Source: Isurus oxyrinchus
Taxonomy: Eukaryota
DNA: 64,000 nucleotides
Reading direction: 5' to 3'
Assembly (NCBI GenBank): GCA_026770705.1
Contig: JANJGN010000007.1
Coordinates: forward strand, 96,658,001 to 96,722,000
Shown here: piece by piece, positions 37,762 through 49,919 of the stretch
Position numbering within the stretch: position 1 is the first letter of the stretch
How the letters are laid out: each line of letters opens with the position of its first letter
Program-made: the position numbers and the translations under genes
Notes under the pieces: model-generated
Database searches by the model: none
The model's input: only the letters and a program-made list of their open reading frames with translations
What the model was told of the DNA's origin: nothing

Positions 37762-38594
37762 TACTACAAGCTGCGAATTTGCTTCGATGTGGAGGATATG
37801 TTTTTCTTCTGCGACACCCAAACAGTACTGACAAACTGAGTGACCTTTCATTTGCAAGGTAGAAAACGGGTTATGGTTACGGCCAATGACCAAACGGGGT
37901 TTCCCGGCTTGTGCATATTAATTAATTATATTTGTTAACGGAACAAAACGTTACTCTTTAATGTTTTCTCTCGAATTATATAACTGCAAAGGAAGCTAAT
38001 TTATTTCAAACAACGTATGTGAGAGAGAACTGGGGCTGTGAAATAATATTTTGGAAATAAAAATAAGAATGCACAGTCATTCTAAAAGTAAAGCAGCCAG
38101 GACGTAACACTTCTGAATTTTCACCTGTACCTTCAGAAGTATGCAAGAAACAACGAAGGGAGTTTAACAGGACCACAATGCAGCCATTAAATAGTTCACA
38201 CGTTTCAATCTGTAAATTAAGAAATCGTGGGTTGCGCAATAGGCGAGGAATGGATTAAGTATGTGGTCTCTATATGTATTGGGTGCATATTGTGAAACAG
38301 TATGTAGAATGTGTTATACTGAAATCATTGTAACGATATCTTGCGTTTCAATGATGTCGCAATCAATGGCCTAAATCCATTGTTCGAATCACTGGAGCAT
38401 AGACACAAGTAAATGTCTCAAGTGCGGTTAAAATAAAAGAACGATTTCATGTAACAGACATTTGCGCTAAGCAGAACGCCTAGATATGGAACAAGATAAA
38501 AGTTTAAATTAACAGAAAATAACACATCGACAGGCCACTCTGATTGTCTAAAACTGAACATGTATTAAACTGTGAAAATAAATTAAGAACATGT

Positions 38595-38985
38595 TTTTTA
38601 TTCTTTCATAGAATGTGGGAGTAGCTGGTAAGGCCAGCATTTGACGTGCGTCCCACATTACCTTTGAACCGGAAGGATTGCTAACTAACTGCAGAGTTAA
38701 GAGGCAACCACATCGCAGTGGGTCGGGAGTAACATGTAGGCCAGACCGGGTAAGGGCGGAAGATTTCTTTTCCTAAGGGACATTTGTGAACCAGATGGGC
38801 TTTTTCAACAAGGGATGATAGCTGTAATGGTCATTGTTACTGACACTAGCTTTATATTCCAAATTTATTAATTGAGTTTAAATTCCACCAGCTGCCATGG
38901 TGGCATTTGAGTCTATATCCCCAGAGCGTTAGTTCGGACCTAGAGATTATTAGCCCAGTGACATTATCCCTGTGCCACCGTCTCC
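38595..38985 (-). mobile_element. tRNA-headed SINE
   Basis: Full head-body-tail homologous to 16868-17245. Confidence 0.85.
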
Positions 38986-39714
38986 TCAATTCGCTGAGTA
39001 AAAATGCTTTAATTTGATATGATGGTATACCGTCATTGCAAAATCAACCTCAAACCTAAAGCTCTAGCCCGAAAGATATGTGACCTATATTAGGAAGCGA
39101 TGCATAATGGGATAAATGCGAAACATTTACACTCCTCAGGAGGGAGAAGGTAATGTAAGCAGAAGTGCATTTGATTTGCAGAGATGAAATCAAACTTAAT
39201 AACCTGGGGCCCTCTAGATTCTGCTTCCGCAGTTACTGAAATAATGAAATCACAGTCGCGAATAATCGAGAGAAAATCTTTTGAAAATAACGTTATTTTC
39301 AGACCAATTGGTCATTACAGAGCACACTCTGACGAATTACGGCGCCATTTCCAACAGCAACCTCAGCAAAGCCTTTTAGTGAAGCCACGAAACAGATTTA
39401 ATGCAATTGGCATCCTCGGGGCCACTTGAAAAAGAAAAGCCTGCGCGAGAGAACCTGGCGAGAATTGACGAGCGGTTGTGTTGGACATATGATTGTCTCC
39501 GGTTTTCAGCCTGTTATCTACTGTAGATAACCAGATAAAGAAAGTCAATGTAAATAGTTCGACATGTTAGAGAACAGTCAAGTTGGAAAGGAGGTTGGGG
39601 TGCACCTTGCATAACTAGCTCAGATATTGCAAAATATATCTTTGGCGGCAAACGACCGACGAAAATGAAACAGATCATAGAAGGCTTAGAACGCGGGCTC
39701 AATAGACCACCACA

Positions 39715-39960
39715 TGTTTATTTGTGAATGGGGCTTAGACATCGCTGGCACTGCAAACACTTATTATTCCTCCTTAATTTCCCATGAGAAGGTGCCGGTG
39801 AGCGGACATCTTGAATCATTACAATGCTTGCGTTCAAGGTACGCCCACAATGCTGTTGGCAGATATTCCAGAATGCGGATCCAGAAGCAATGAGGAAAAA
39901 TCTGCATTTCCAAGTCAGATGGTCTCGTAGTTGGAAGGGAGCTTGTAGTTGCTGGTATTA
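39715..39960 (-). mobile_element. Degraded LINE 3' tail
   Basis: Similar to 22110-22360. Confidence 0.6.
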
Positions 39961-41899
39961 CGTTAAGTGTGTCCAGAATATATTGACATGTAATAACTGG
40001 AGATGTGTGTGGACTTTGTTCTTATTTCCCATATGTCCCTAGAAGAACTAGAATTGATCAGTTGCATCAAGAAGATGATAAACACAGAAAGTGCGCTTTG
40101 GAAGTTACACCCTCGGGTAAAGGGCTGATAGCAAACTGGCAGCCGCGTCACTATCACAGGTTTGACCCTGCCGCTCAAAGTCAAAAACATATTAAGCTGT
40201 GGAAATGGTAAGATGCTCAGCATTGTTCTTATGGCGTCATTCTGTGTTTCTGACCCTGCTGGGAATAGAACTATCACAGTTACCATCAGACTATATTCCA
40301 GATGCAATATCTCAGCATTTAGATATATTCAAATGTTCTGCTTTAGAACTGCTCATAACCTCAACGAAATGCTGAAAATATTATACTAACAGACCAAGGT
40401 AAAAAAAGTATTTTATAGTTAACGCATGCTATTTTGTATTTTACACCAAAATTAAATGGCCATCTTCTTCTTCAGTTTCCTCCCTTTAGCCGTCGGTTGG
40501 ATGCAATGTTGCGCCCGTCGCTTCTATTTTAAGCAATGGCATTTTTGCGACTAGGGTTCATTGTTAACTGTGGACTTATAATTGGCAAGGTTCCAATCTT
40601 TGCAGAGGTGAATGGCCACAAATCCGGTTCGTCAAGAGAGTTTTTGGATGTGCCACACATCTTGCTGTTATCGGCCTTCAAAACCATTGCCCTCATGCAA
40701 GGAGCATCTGGCCCTTCCATTGGTCCCGGCTTCAGGCACTTTGAGGGGTGACCTCACTCCATGCACCAGGGCAAGCTGATTAAACACTCGCTTAGGTTAG
40801 CTCGTCAGCCGAGATGACGTACCAGCCCGCTGGAGTGCATGATCAGCTGCTTGGAGGCATAAGCGAGAGCGGAGGACGCTGTGGAACACCAAACCACCTT
40901 ATCCACATTCAAAACCATAATGTGAGCTTGACAATGCCTAACGGGTGCTAATCCTGTCACAGAAATCTCCCATACACCCTCTGTGTAAATTAAACTTTCT
41001 GCCTGGCTGGACATTGATTCTAATCTTATCGAAATGAAGTTCTTGATTTCAGAAAGAATGCCGCCTGGGTTTTTTAGAATGTGACAGAAATACAGTAATG
41101 GTTTGGATATAAAAGAGAAATTTTTAATGGATAATCTATTTTGCATGTGTGTAAGGAGATTGTGCGTGTTGTGAACGTTCAAATGTCCTGCTGATGTTAC
41201 CAACACAGATCACAGTGCTGGCTCGAATGTGGGGGTAATCATCAAATTGTATTGCAACTAGTCAATGTATGTAGTATGGCACGGTGTTAGACACATAATT
41301 GCGATTAAGTCATTTGGAAGCTTCATTCAATTAGCTGTGCAGCGTCGTTTTCAATAGTGGCAGGAATGGGAATGGTACACTGTTGCACTGAGTACAAAGA
41401 TCATCAAAATAAAATAACATTAGTTTGTTTTGGTTCCACAAGCTCATTTTATTAAGAATTGATAAACACTGTTACATAGTAGAAACCAAGCATTCTGCCT
41501 TATTTTCCAAACGCGTAAAATTGCATAGCACTCATTATTGTATTGGTGTAATACAACATGCAGCTCCATGCATTGTATTCACAGAAAAAAGAGCGCAAAC
41601 TTTAGCTGAAAAGGCGACATTTACAGCCTATATAAACTGAAGTGATATCGGTGATGAACGAAATTGATCCTTTGTTTTCTGCAGTAATATCGGAAACTAA
41701 CTATTGTAATTTAACTTTTGTGGAGTTACCCGACCTGGTAGAAAATAAAGTGTTCATGAATGTTATTGTAAGGACTGGAAGAAGGCACTAGACACGTTTT
41801 CAAATAAGATATAATTTCAAATAAAAAAATGAAGCTACACATTTCGTTGGAGAGAGAATTCCTTTCAAAGTGGGAAACAAAGTTCAGATAATATGACGT

Positions 41900-42640
41900 A
41901 GGCTTTAAAAATAGCAGGTAGTGACCAGTGGTGTCCCTTATTAACCTGTACACAGCCGCAACTTTTAATATATTTAAAAATTACGAAAAAAAGGAATAGG
42001 GAGCGCATATTTTAGTTTGTGCGCCACACGAGTTGGGTAGCACAGTTAATAGCACAGCAGGCAGTTGCAAAGGGACATTGAACAAACGATTGGGCAAACC
42101 TGAGGCACCTGGAGACTGAGGTGAAATTATCCATTTTGAACCTAGTGGTGGGGTTTGAATACAGAAATTACAAGATTCCAGTGCGCAGGTGCATACAGCT
42201 ATTTAAAATACAATTGAATATTATTCGCTATCTCGCGAACTCTGGCGTATGAACTGATGGAAGTTAAGGCACGAAGGCACTGAAGCCTCGTTGGACTGGA
42301 ACTGGATTGCAGCATACAACCCTGGGCAACGCTTGCCATGAATAATTTATTGGCCGTAAACGGGGTGCGATGGAGACTCAGATCTATGGGTTTGGAGCTA
42401 ATACAATTATATTAGAAGGACCTGTTGCATAAATCTGACATGTGTTGACAAATCCCTTTGAAGCTAGATTACTTGGAATTTTGAAAATTGTGATTGATTG
42501 GATATTGTCAAGCAAGGATATTAATGATTGGAGTGTAAAGGTGTGCTGCTGAAGTTAAAATACATAACCAACCATGTTATAATCGAATGTCAGAGCAGGC
42601 TCGGGACGAAATGGCGTGGTTCCGTCCTTATATTCCTTCC
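41900..42640 (+). mobile_element. Very old CR1 3' fragment
   Basis: Residual RT-region sequence and a cagagcaggctc...tcctta terminus. Confidence 0.45.
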
Positions 42641-44019
42641 TATGTCCATTTCCGCATTAATGTGACACTCTCAATGTCGGTACCATGACCCTTTTCCAAT
42701 ATTAAAGCGTTCTCCTTAATGTAATGCTATGGAATGATGGCATGATATTTATTTTAGGCGATATATACTGAAACGGTATAGCAGCCGACCCCAGAAATAT
42801 TCATAATGGAATTAACTGCTGGTTCAGTAACTGTAACAAGATTTAAGTACTACTTTCTTTCGGAGGACTGCTGCCATCACGTACTGTTTTTTTTTAACTG
42901 TGCGTTTCCATATTCTTGCCATTGCTTTTATGATTTTCAGAATTCTCTGAGTTGATAAATGGTCGACCCGTTCCTTGCACAGTCTGTAGAAAAAAGATAT
43001 CCTGGTTAGCACGATTTCAGGAAAATAAAATCACAGATGACAACGTTAATCATTTCAATAATGTCTCTGTTTGAATAGAAAACGTCTGCAGCAACTTACG
43101 GTGCAGTCCATTCTGTGGCTGGGCGCCAATCGATATTTATTAGTTAAGTTCACTATCCATAAATGAAAAGTTAGGATACATTAACAACTTGAAAGCTTAA
43201 TAGATTTCAAGCACGTTTGGTCCACAATGTATACGCTCTTTCAGAGAAAGTGCCATTGTTCAGGATTATTCTTGTTCATCCTAAAATACCTTCCCATTCG
43301 TTTTGTTTTAAATTTGCAAACAGCGACTGAATGACGTAGTGTAGCTAATTAAATCCGTGTAGAAATATTGTGTTAATCGCCCTTATTGGAGGATAGAATC
43401 AAACAATGTCCTTATACTTAGAATCACAATAACTTTGCATTTCCAAACATGAGAATTACATCCTCAAAATCCAGCCGTGGATTCCTAATTCTTTCCAATA
43501 AGCCGCTGCGTGAAGTCAAGGAGGTGGAAAATTTCATATATAATGTGCTTGAATCAATGAAAGAAAGCAAACACTGATCCAAGACTCCATGTTAATGTAT
43601 ATGATTTACACGACACGATTACTTTTCCGAAAACGAGATTGCCGATTGTTAATAATGATGTTCAGAAATTTGAAATAATTATGAGAAAGAATGAAAGGGC
43701 GAGATATACATAAATATTACAGATATACTTACCAACAGCCCCGAGTCATGACTGCACTTTATTATGTGGAGCCAATTGGAATACTAGCTTTTCTTCTTGT
43801 CTGATGATGCCGTATTTCACATTTTAAGGTTCAGACACGTTTCTGTCCCTTCTCCAACGAGGAATTTATCATTTTAAGGAACACTGTATTGAAACCCGCC
43901 ATGTATATTACGATGGATAATGCATGTTCACCTTGTTAGCGAGGCTCGGATTCGTTAACGAAGAACACCTACAAAAATAGCTAAGAAGAACGTTTATGAC
44001 ATTGTTGCCTTTACCTTAC

Positions 44020-44131
44020 CTTTACAAATCCTTTAATTGACGTAGTTTTCAAATAAAGACAAGGAACAGTAGACATATCAGACCATAGCCTATACATACA
44101 GAAATCAGTAGATAATGGGAACTTTGACTGC
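44020..44131 (-). pseudogene. Gene B TM exon (GSQSSHYLLISVCIGYGLICLLFLVFI*KLRQLKDL*R)
   Basis: Acceptor attaattttacag|, donor AG|GTAAGG, phase 1->2 as in gene A; stops at 44049-44051 and 44022-44024. Confidence 0.75.
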
Positions 44132-44754
44132 CTGTAAAATTAATATAAAAGACAATAACAAATATTGTGGAGAGTATCGCCTACTCACACACCTACCACC
44201 ATTTTCGCGGTTAATCGTGCTTTCTTTAATGGCACATTATTGTAGTTTTATCAGTTATGATTTACCGAACATACTATCTCTGGTTTTCTTGCTTCATCAT
44301 TGATTTATGAAGCCCGAATGTGCAGTGTTGCTTTTTCAGCCGGAGGAAGGAGCAAATCATTTATACTAACTTAATTCGAAAGATAGTTTAGACTTTTTGC
44401 GATGCTTTTATTGAATTTACAATGTCATTTTCAACCACTCTCAAATTATACCTCCTATTTCCTTCAGCGGACAGGGATCGGCAAAAATAAATAAATAAAA
44501 ACATAATGAGTACATATGTCTATACCAACATTGCCGTGGGTTTGTGATCAGCACAGTTTGTGTGAAATACCCTACGTGAAGAATCAAGTGGCGTCTCCGA
44601 TGATTAAACCTCGTGCTTTGTAGGTAATGGCTGCATTGGTGTGACAGACATATTGAGCAGGTGTGATGTTCAATAGCGGGCCTACTGCACCGGCCTGCTT
44701 CCATTTGGACACATTTTGTTCGTCGAATAATAGAACTATACAAAAATAGCACAT

Positions 44755-45885
44755 AGAAAGATAGAAGCAGGAGGAGGTCATTCGGCCGTTCGAGCCTGCT
44801 CCGCCATTCAATATGATCAGGGCTGATATTCTAAATCAACGCCATACCCCTGCCCTCTCCCCACACCTCTGGATGCCTTTAGGATATAGAAATCGATGTA
44901 TTTCCTTTTAAATATATTCAGTGACTTGGCCTCCACAGTCTACTTATGATAGAGAATTCCACACGTTCACCACCCTCTGAATGAAGAAGTTTCTCTTCAT
45001 CTCAGTACTTAATCCGTATCTTGAGACTGTGATCCCTTATTCTTGACACTTCAGCGAGACAAAACATCATCCCGGCAACAAGTCTGTCCATCCTTTTCAG
45101 AATTGTATACTTGTCAATGAGATACCCTCTCATTCTTCTAAACTCCAGTGAATACAGGCCTATATGACCAAATCTCTTCTCATACGACAATCCTGCCACC
45201 CCAGGAATCAGCCTGGTGAACCTGTGCTGCAGTCTCCCTATGACAAGTATATCCTTTCTTCAGTAAGGAGACCAAAACTGCACACAGTATTCCAGGTATT
45301 ATCTCACCAAGGCCTTATACAGCTGCAGTAAGACATCCTTGCTCCTGTACTCAAATCCTCTCGCAATGATGGCCAAAATACCATTTGGCTTCTTAACTGC
45401 TTGCTGCACGTGCATGCCTGCTTTCAGTGATTGGTGTACAAGGATACCCAAGTTCCTTTGTACATCAATATTTCCCAATCTATCACCACTTAAATAATAC
45501 TCTGCCATTTTGTTTTTTTCTACCAAAGTGATTAACTTCTAACTTATCCACGTTATACTGCATCTGCCAATCACTCAACTTGTGTAAATCGCCTTGGATC
45601 CCCTTAACACCCGCAACACCACACAATCCCACCTAGTGTTATGACAAAAGAAAACTTGGGAATGTTACATTTGGTTCCCTCATCCTAATCATTGATATAT
45701 ATTGTGAATAGCACTGATCCTTGCAGTGCCCAACTAGTCACCGCCTGCCACTCAGAAAATTACCTATTTATTCCAACTGTCTGTACCCTGTATGTTAAAC
45801 AATTCTCAATCCATGCCAATATATGACCCCAAACCCATGTGCTTTAATTTTGCACACTAAGCTCTTATGTGGGACCTCATCAAAA
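44755..45885 (-). mobile_element. CR1 LINE 3' part
   Basis: LLQLYKALVR; GLYSLEFRRMRG; 3' terminus at 44755. Confidence 0.9.
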
Positions 45886-46717
45886 ATTACGCAATACGCT
45901 GGGTGGTAATGCGTCTCATTGTGTCTCTATCTGCTCTTTGGTAGAACCACCCATTTCGTTCCGCTTTCCAGCACTTTCCCCATCGCTCTTTAAATCGTTC
46001 ACTTCAAACTTATTTTTAAAGTCATATATGAAACAGCTTCGATCACTCTTTCAGACAGAGCATTATATTTCATGACCATTCGGTGCGCTCAACCTTACCT
46101 CTTATCTCGCCTGCACTTCAATTATCAATTAACTTAGATCAGTATCTGCTAATTACCAGCTCTTCTGTCACTGGATGTCGTTCATTTTTATTTGCTCTAT
46201 CAAGCCACTGCATGATTTTGAACACTTCTAATCACAGATTAACCTACTTGGTTGAAAAGGGAGCAATCCCAGCTCATCTAATCATTGTAAGTAACTGAAC
46301 TCTTCCACTCTGACGCAATTCCAGTAAATCTCTATGTGTCCGCTTAAAGATATAGGAATCCTTCATAACGTGCGATGCCCAGTTTATAAGGAAGACACTG
46401 CAATCAATTGAAAAGAAAATTAAGCGCGGTGTAAAATGGACAGCCGATTGTGTCTGTTTTTGATATAAATGATACAAGTACCCCCTACACCAGCCCCAAC
46501 CATCGTTATATCCGACTAAATGATATCCCACTAGTGAACAAAGCTAAATATAGATCGTTTGAAATGGGATAAACAATTACTGTATTATATCTACAGGGTA
46601 TATTTGGCCAGGAATTAAAGCATAGTGTGCTTTGTATTGATTTAAGTGAGGTGTACCTGCTGACCGGTATTGTATTAATGACGGTTAACTACGTCTCTTG
46701 TCTTGTTGGATCTGTAC

Positions 46718-47023
46718 CTGTGTTAGAATATGTAATAACATGCGTGACAAGTAATGGAGTTCCGAATGTGTTATGAGACGCCAGGCAGCTGTAAATACTT
46801 CCACTCTGGGCAGGCTGTGTCTCTTCCAAAACGCTGCGAGCTTCGTGCAATCCGTCTGAGTTCCGCTGCTTAATGACATATATCCCGGTTAGAATTTCGA
46901 TGCCATCTTTATTCTTGTCGAATGCAATAATCTCGGGGTAAAATACAGATGGTTCACATACAAGAGACAATGGTGAATCCCTTGGAGGTTCTCCACAGAG
47001 AAGTTGTACTGGCCTTGGAGGTA
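46718..47023 (-). pseudogene. Gene B C1-set exon (open frame, core Trp lost)
   Basis: VPPRPVQLL...LSLVCEPSVFYPEIIAFDKNKDGIEILTG...SVLEETQPAQSGSIYSCLASHNT; colinear with gene A C1; 306 nt, phase 1-1. Confidence 0.9.
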
Positions 47024-47905
47024 CTGTAAAACACAACATAGAACGGGGGAGATGGGGTGGAGAAAGGAAAGATACTGTGATAAATCACATCAGAGCTTAA
47101 CTGTTTTAATAGTTTACGAACGATTATGATTCATTGATTGGGATTACTTGTAGCGTTTTCCCTACAAATGTGGATATCATCGCATTCCTGCGAATCCTAA
47201 CGAATCTAAGCAAATAAAATCGAGCACCATATGTGGAGGGGAACATAAGAATAGGAGAAGTGACAAATTCAAAGTTGCAACTCGCCATCGATGTTTGCAG
47301 CAAACCCACCTGTAATATATAAGTGAGAATTTGAACTTTTTGTACCTTCAGGTGACCAAATATTGAATTGCCAGCTTTATTTGCTGCCTGTTCGCTGGAC
47401 AGATATATTCCTGCAGCCCCGATTTGAAAAAGTGAAGAATGAGTTTCTAACAGTGATAAGAGATGTTGCCATGATTTCCGTTGATAATGTCACGGCCATT
47501 TTTGCAGCCCCTGTAAACTCAAAGCCTTGTTCCTCTGTATACAAATGCTGCTAGGCAATGCTGACAAGCAATTCTACCATTTTGTGTTTGTTGAATGTTC
47601 CCAACATCCCGGACCACTTTGCTTTTGTTCTTGCGTTTTACCCTATCACGCAATTGAACACGCAGCTGAAATGTGACGTACTTTCCATAGTTAATATCTT
47701 ACATCTTCCAATGCTCCGTTGGGTATAATGATTTGATCTAATAATTGCAATTAATTCCTGTCGTTGAATATGACTTTATCAGAAATTCATAATACATTCT
47801 GTGCTATCTTGATACTCACCCCTAACAGTTAAGTTAGATCCAAAACAAAAACAGAATTACCTGGAAAAACTCAGTAGGTCTGGCAGCATCGGCGGAGGAG
47901 AAAAG

Positions 47906-47944
47906 AGTTGACGTTTCGAGTCCTCATGACCCTTCGACAGAACT
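47906..47944 (-). ncRNA. Minimal type-I hammerhead ribozyme, second copy
   Basis: Exact reverse complement of 48548-48586. Confidence 0.7.
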
Positions 47945-47994
47945 TGATTTCGAGTCCAGGAAAGAGTTGAAATATAAGCTGGTTTAAGGTGTGT

Positions 47995-48030
<36 letters not shown>

Positions 48031-48547
48031 AGGAGAGAGAGAGAGAGACAGAGGTGCTTGTGTAGACAAACAAGCAGTGATAGAAGCAGATCATCAAAAG
48101 ATGTCAGTAACAATGGTACAAAAGAACACATAGGTGTTAAAGTTAAAGTTGGTGATATTATCTAAACGAATGTGCTAATTAAGAATGGATGGTAGGGCAC
48201 TCAAGGTACAGCTCTAGTGGGGGTGGGGGGAGCATAAAGGATTTTAAAATATTTAAAAATAATGGAAATAGGTGGGAAAAGAAAAATCTATAAAATTTAT
48301 AGGGAAAAAAAAAAAGGGGGAAAAAAGGGGGAAACAGAAAGGGGGTGGGGATGGGGGGAGGGAGCTCACGACCTAAAGTTATTGAATTCAATATTCAGAC
48401 CAGAAGGCTGTAAGGTGCCTAGTCGGAAGATGAGGTGTTGTTCCTCCAGTTTGCGTTGGGCTTCACTGGAACTCCTTCCCCCCCCCCCCCCCCCCCCACA
48501 CACCTTAAACCAGCTTATATTTCAACTCTTTCCTGGACTCGAAATCA

Positions 48548-48586
48548 AGTTCTGTCGAAGGGTCATGAGGACTCGAAACGTCAACT
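48548..48586 (+). ncRNA. Minimal type-I hammerhead ribozyme (variant core CUGUCGA)
   Basis: AGTT-CTGTCGA-A-GGGTC-ATGAG-GACTC-GAAACGTC-AACT: stem I AGTT/AACT, stem II GGGTC/GACTC, palindromic ACGT stem III. Confidence 0.7.
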
Positions 48587-49675
48587 CTTTTCTCCTCCGC
48601 CGATGCTGCCAGACCTACTGAGTTTTTCCAGGTAATTCTGTTTTTGTTTTAGATTTCCAGCATCCGCAGTTTTCTTTGTTTTCAACTCTAAGTTAGATCC
48701 AACCGTGCTTCCTTTTGTGTATTCATGTTCTTGCACAGCGCAGTAATGTATCCCTGCGACCTAGAAACGTACATTGGTGATCTGAAGAAAAGCCGCCGAA
48801 TTTACTTTTGAAGCCAGCAACCTTTCGGTAGTTGGTCGCTGTACTCAGGTATTTGCGATTATCTTTTCCACCAATTGATACTCACTTCCGAGCCGGCTCC
48901 AGTGAAGTGCATTGAACAATGAAAAGTGACGCTTGTACCTTGGACTGCGCTCAGACTTTCTGGAAGTTGAATCACTCCGATTGGATTATCTGTCGAAACA
49001 GTAAAGTATAAAATTTGTTAGATGTCATCCCGGAGTGGGACGAACGGTGGGAGTTAACAAAGATTTAATGTACCCATATTATATACATGTATGTCTATGC
49101 TTGTGCACAGGAACTCATTCAAGTTGATGTTGAGAGAGACCAGGCATAAAATAACTAAACAGGTAAACGATCGCAAAGGTTGAGAAATACAGACCCAGCT
49201 TATTCTTCAACATTGCGATCAGTCATAGGCCTTTTGTTGATTATAACGAACGTTCCACGATTTGCAAAACAGATGTTTCCTTTTGTTTAATATGGTAGAG
49301 GTCGCAGTGACGTTGTTATCCGGGCATCGCGCTTTCAGAACGGTGTTCCTATTATTTGGTCATATCCACAGAACTTTCCACACTGAACAATTTATGATAA
49401 TTATCCGCCGATCCAGAAGACATAACCCGATTTGCTGTAGAAATTGACGGAACTTTAAATTTAGAAGTAGTTTGCAAGTGTTGAACTAATAATAACAATG
49501 GTCCAAATTCTTCAGGGCATCAAATTTACTTGTCCTTTCGTAAACTCCACATGTTCCCTTTCAGATGGCGCAACGCTGAAGAAGACGAGTAATTAGAGGA
49601 AATGTACATCGAGAAGCTGTTGTAGACTCGGGGGGACAACAGTCAGCAAATTAAACCCCGACGTTACTTCGTTAC

Positions 49676-49730
49676 TTATAGTAAAATCAGAGCCAAAGAA
49701 AATAAACAAAATTCTGGAAATACACACCAT
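49676..49730 (-). pseudogene. Gene B leader exon (MVCISRILFIFFGSDFTI)
   Basis: ATG at 49730, hydrophobic, 55 nt, phase-1 donor A|GTAACG. Confidence 0.55.
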
Positions 49731-49919
49731 TTTACTGGTTATGTTACTAGGCTGAACTCCTGCGATGTACACAACAGGGAGGCTATTAAATCACCTTATT
49801 CATGTGAAAATTGACCATTAACTTTCGCTGAATGCAGAGGCACAGTTACTTTCACAGATAAAGATGTGACTCTCCGAGTCGCATTACTCCTCCAAACCTT
49901 GCCTGACAACTAAATCTTT

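Larger units (their letters stand above)
47844..48688 (-). mobile_element. Penelope-like element (GIY-YIG C-terminus, 3' pLTR and inverted pLTR) inserted in the gene B V exon
   Basis: 48470-48366 encodes EAQRKLEEQHLIFRLGTLQPSGLNIEFNNFRS*; near-identical inverted arms ~47844-48032 / ~48473-48650; TSD TAAGTTAGATCCAA at 47830-47843 and 48689-48702. Confidence 0.92.
47820..48989 (-). pseudogene. Gene B V exon, disrupted
   Basis: NPIGVIQLPESLSAVQGTSVTFHCSMHFTGAGSEVSINWWK / frameshift / ...KFGGF / frameshift / LQITNVRF*VAGIHYCAVQEHEYTKGSTVGSNL[insertion]TVR; acceptor gtttcgacag|, donor G|GTGAGT at 47820. Confidence 0.85.
44020..49730 (-). pseudogene. Gene B: pseudogene paralog of gene A (leader 49730-49676, V 48989-47820 interrupted, C1 47023-46718, hinge 44478-44452, TM 44131-44020)
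   Basis: Same exon order and phases as gene A, with identical leader (55 nt) and C1 (306 nt) sizes. V has two frameshifts, a TAG and a Penelope insertion; the TM exon has two in-frame stops. Confidence 0.85.

Noticed and set aside
41210-41248. CACAGTG heptamer with a 23-bp spacer (possible RSS)
   Set aside because: The following 9-mer ATCAAATTG matches the nonamer at only 4/9, and no V/D/J segment is adjacent.
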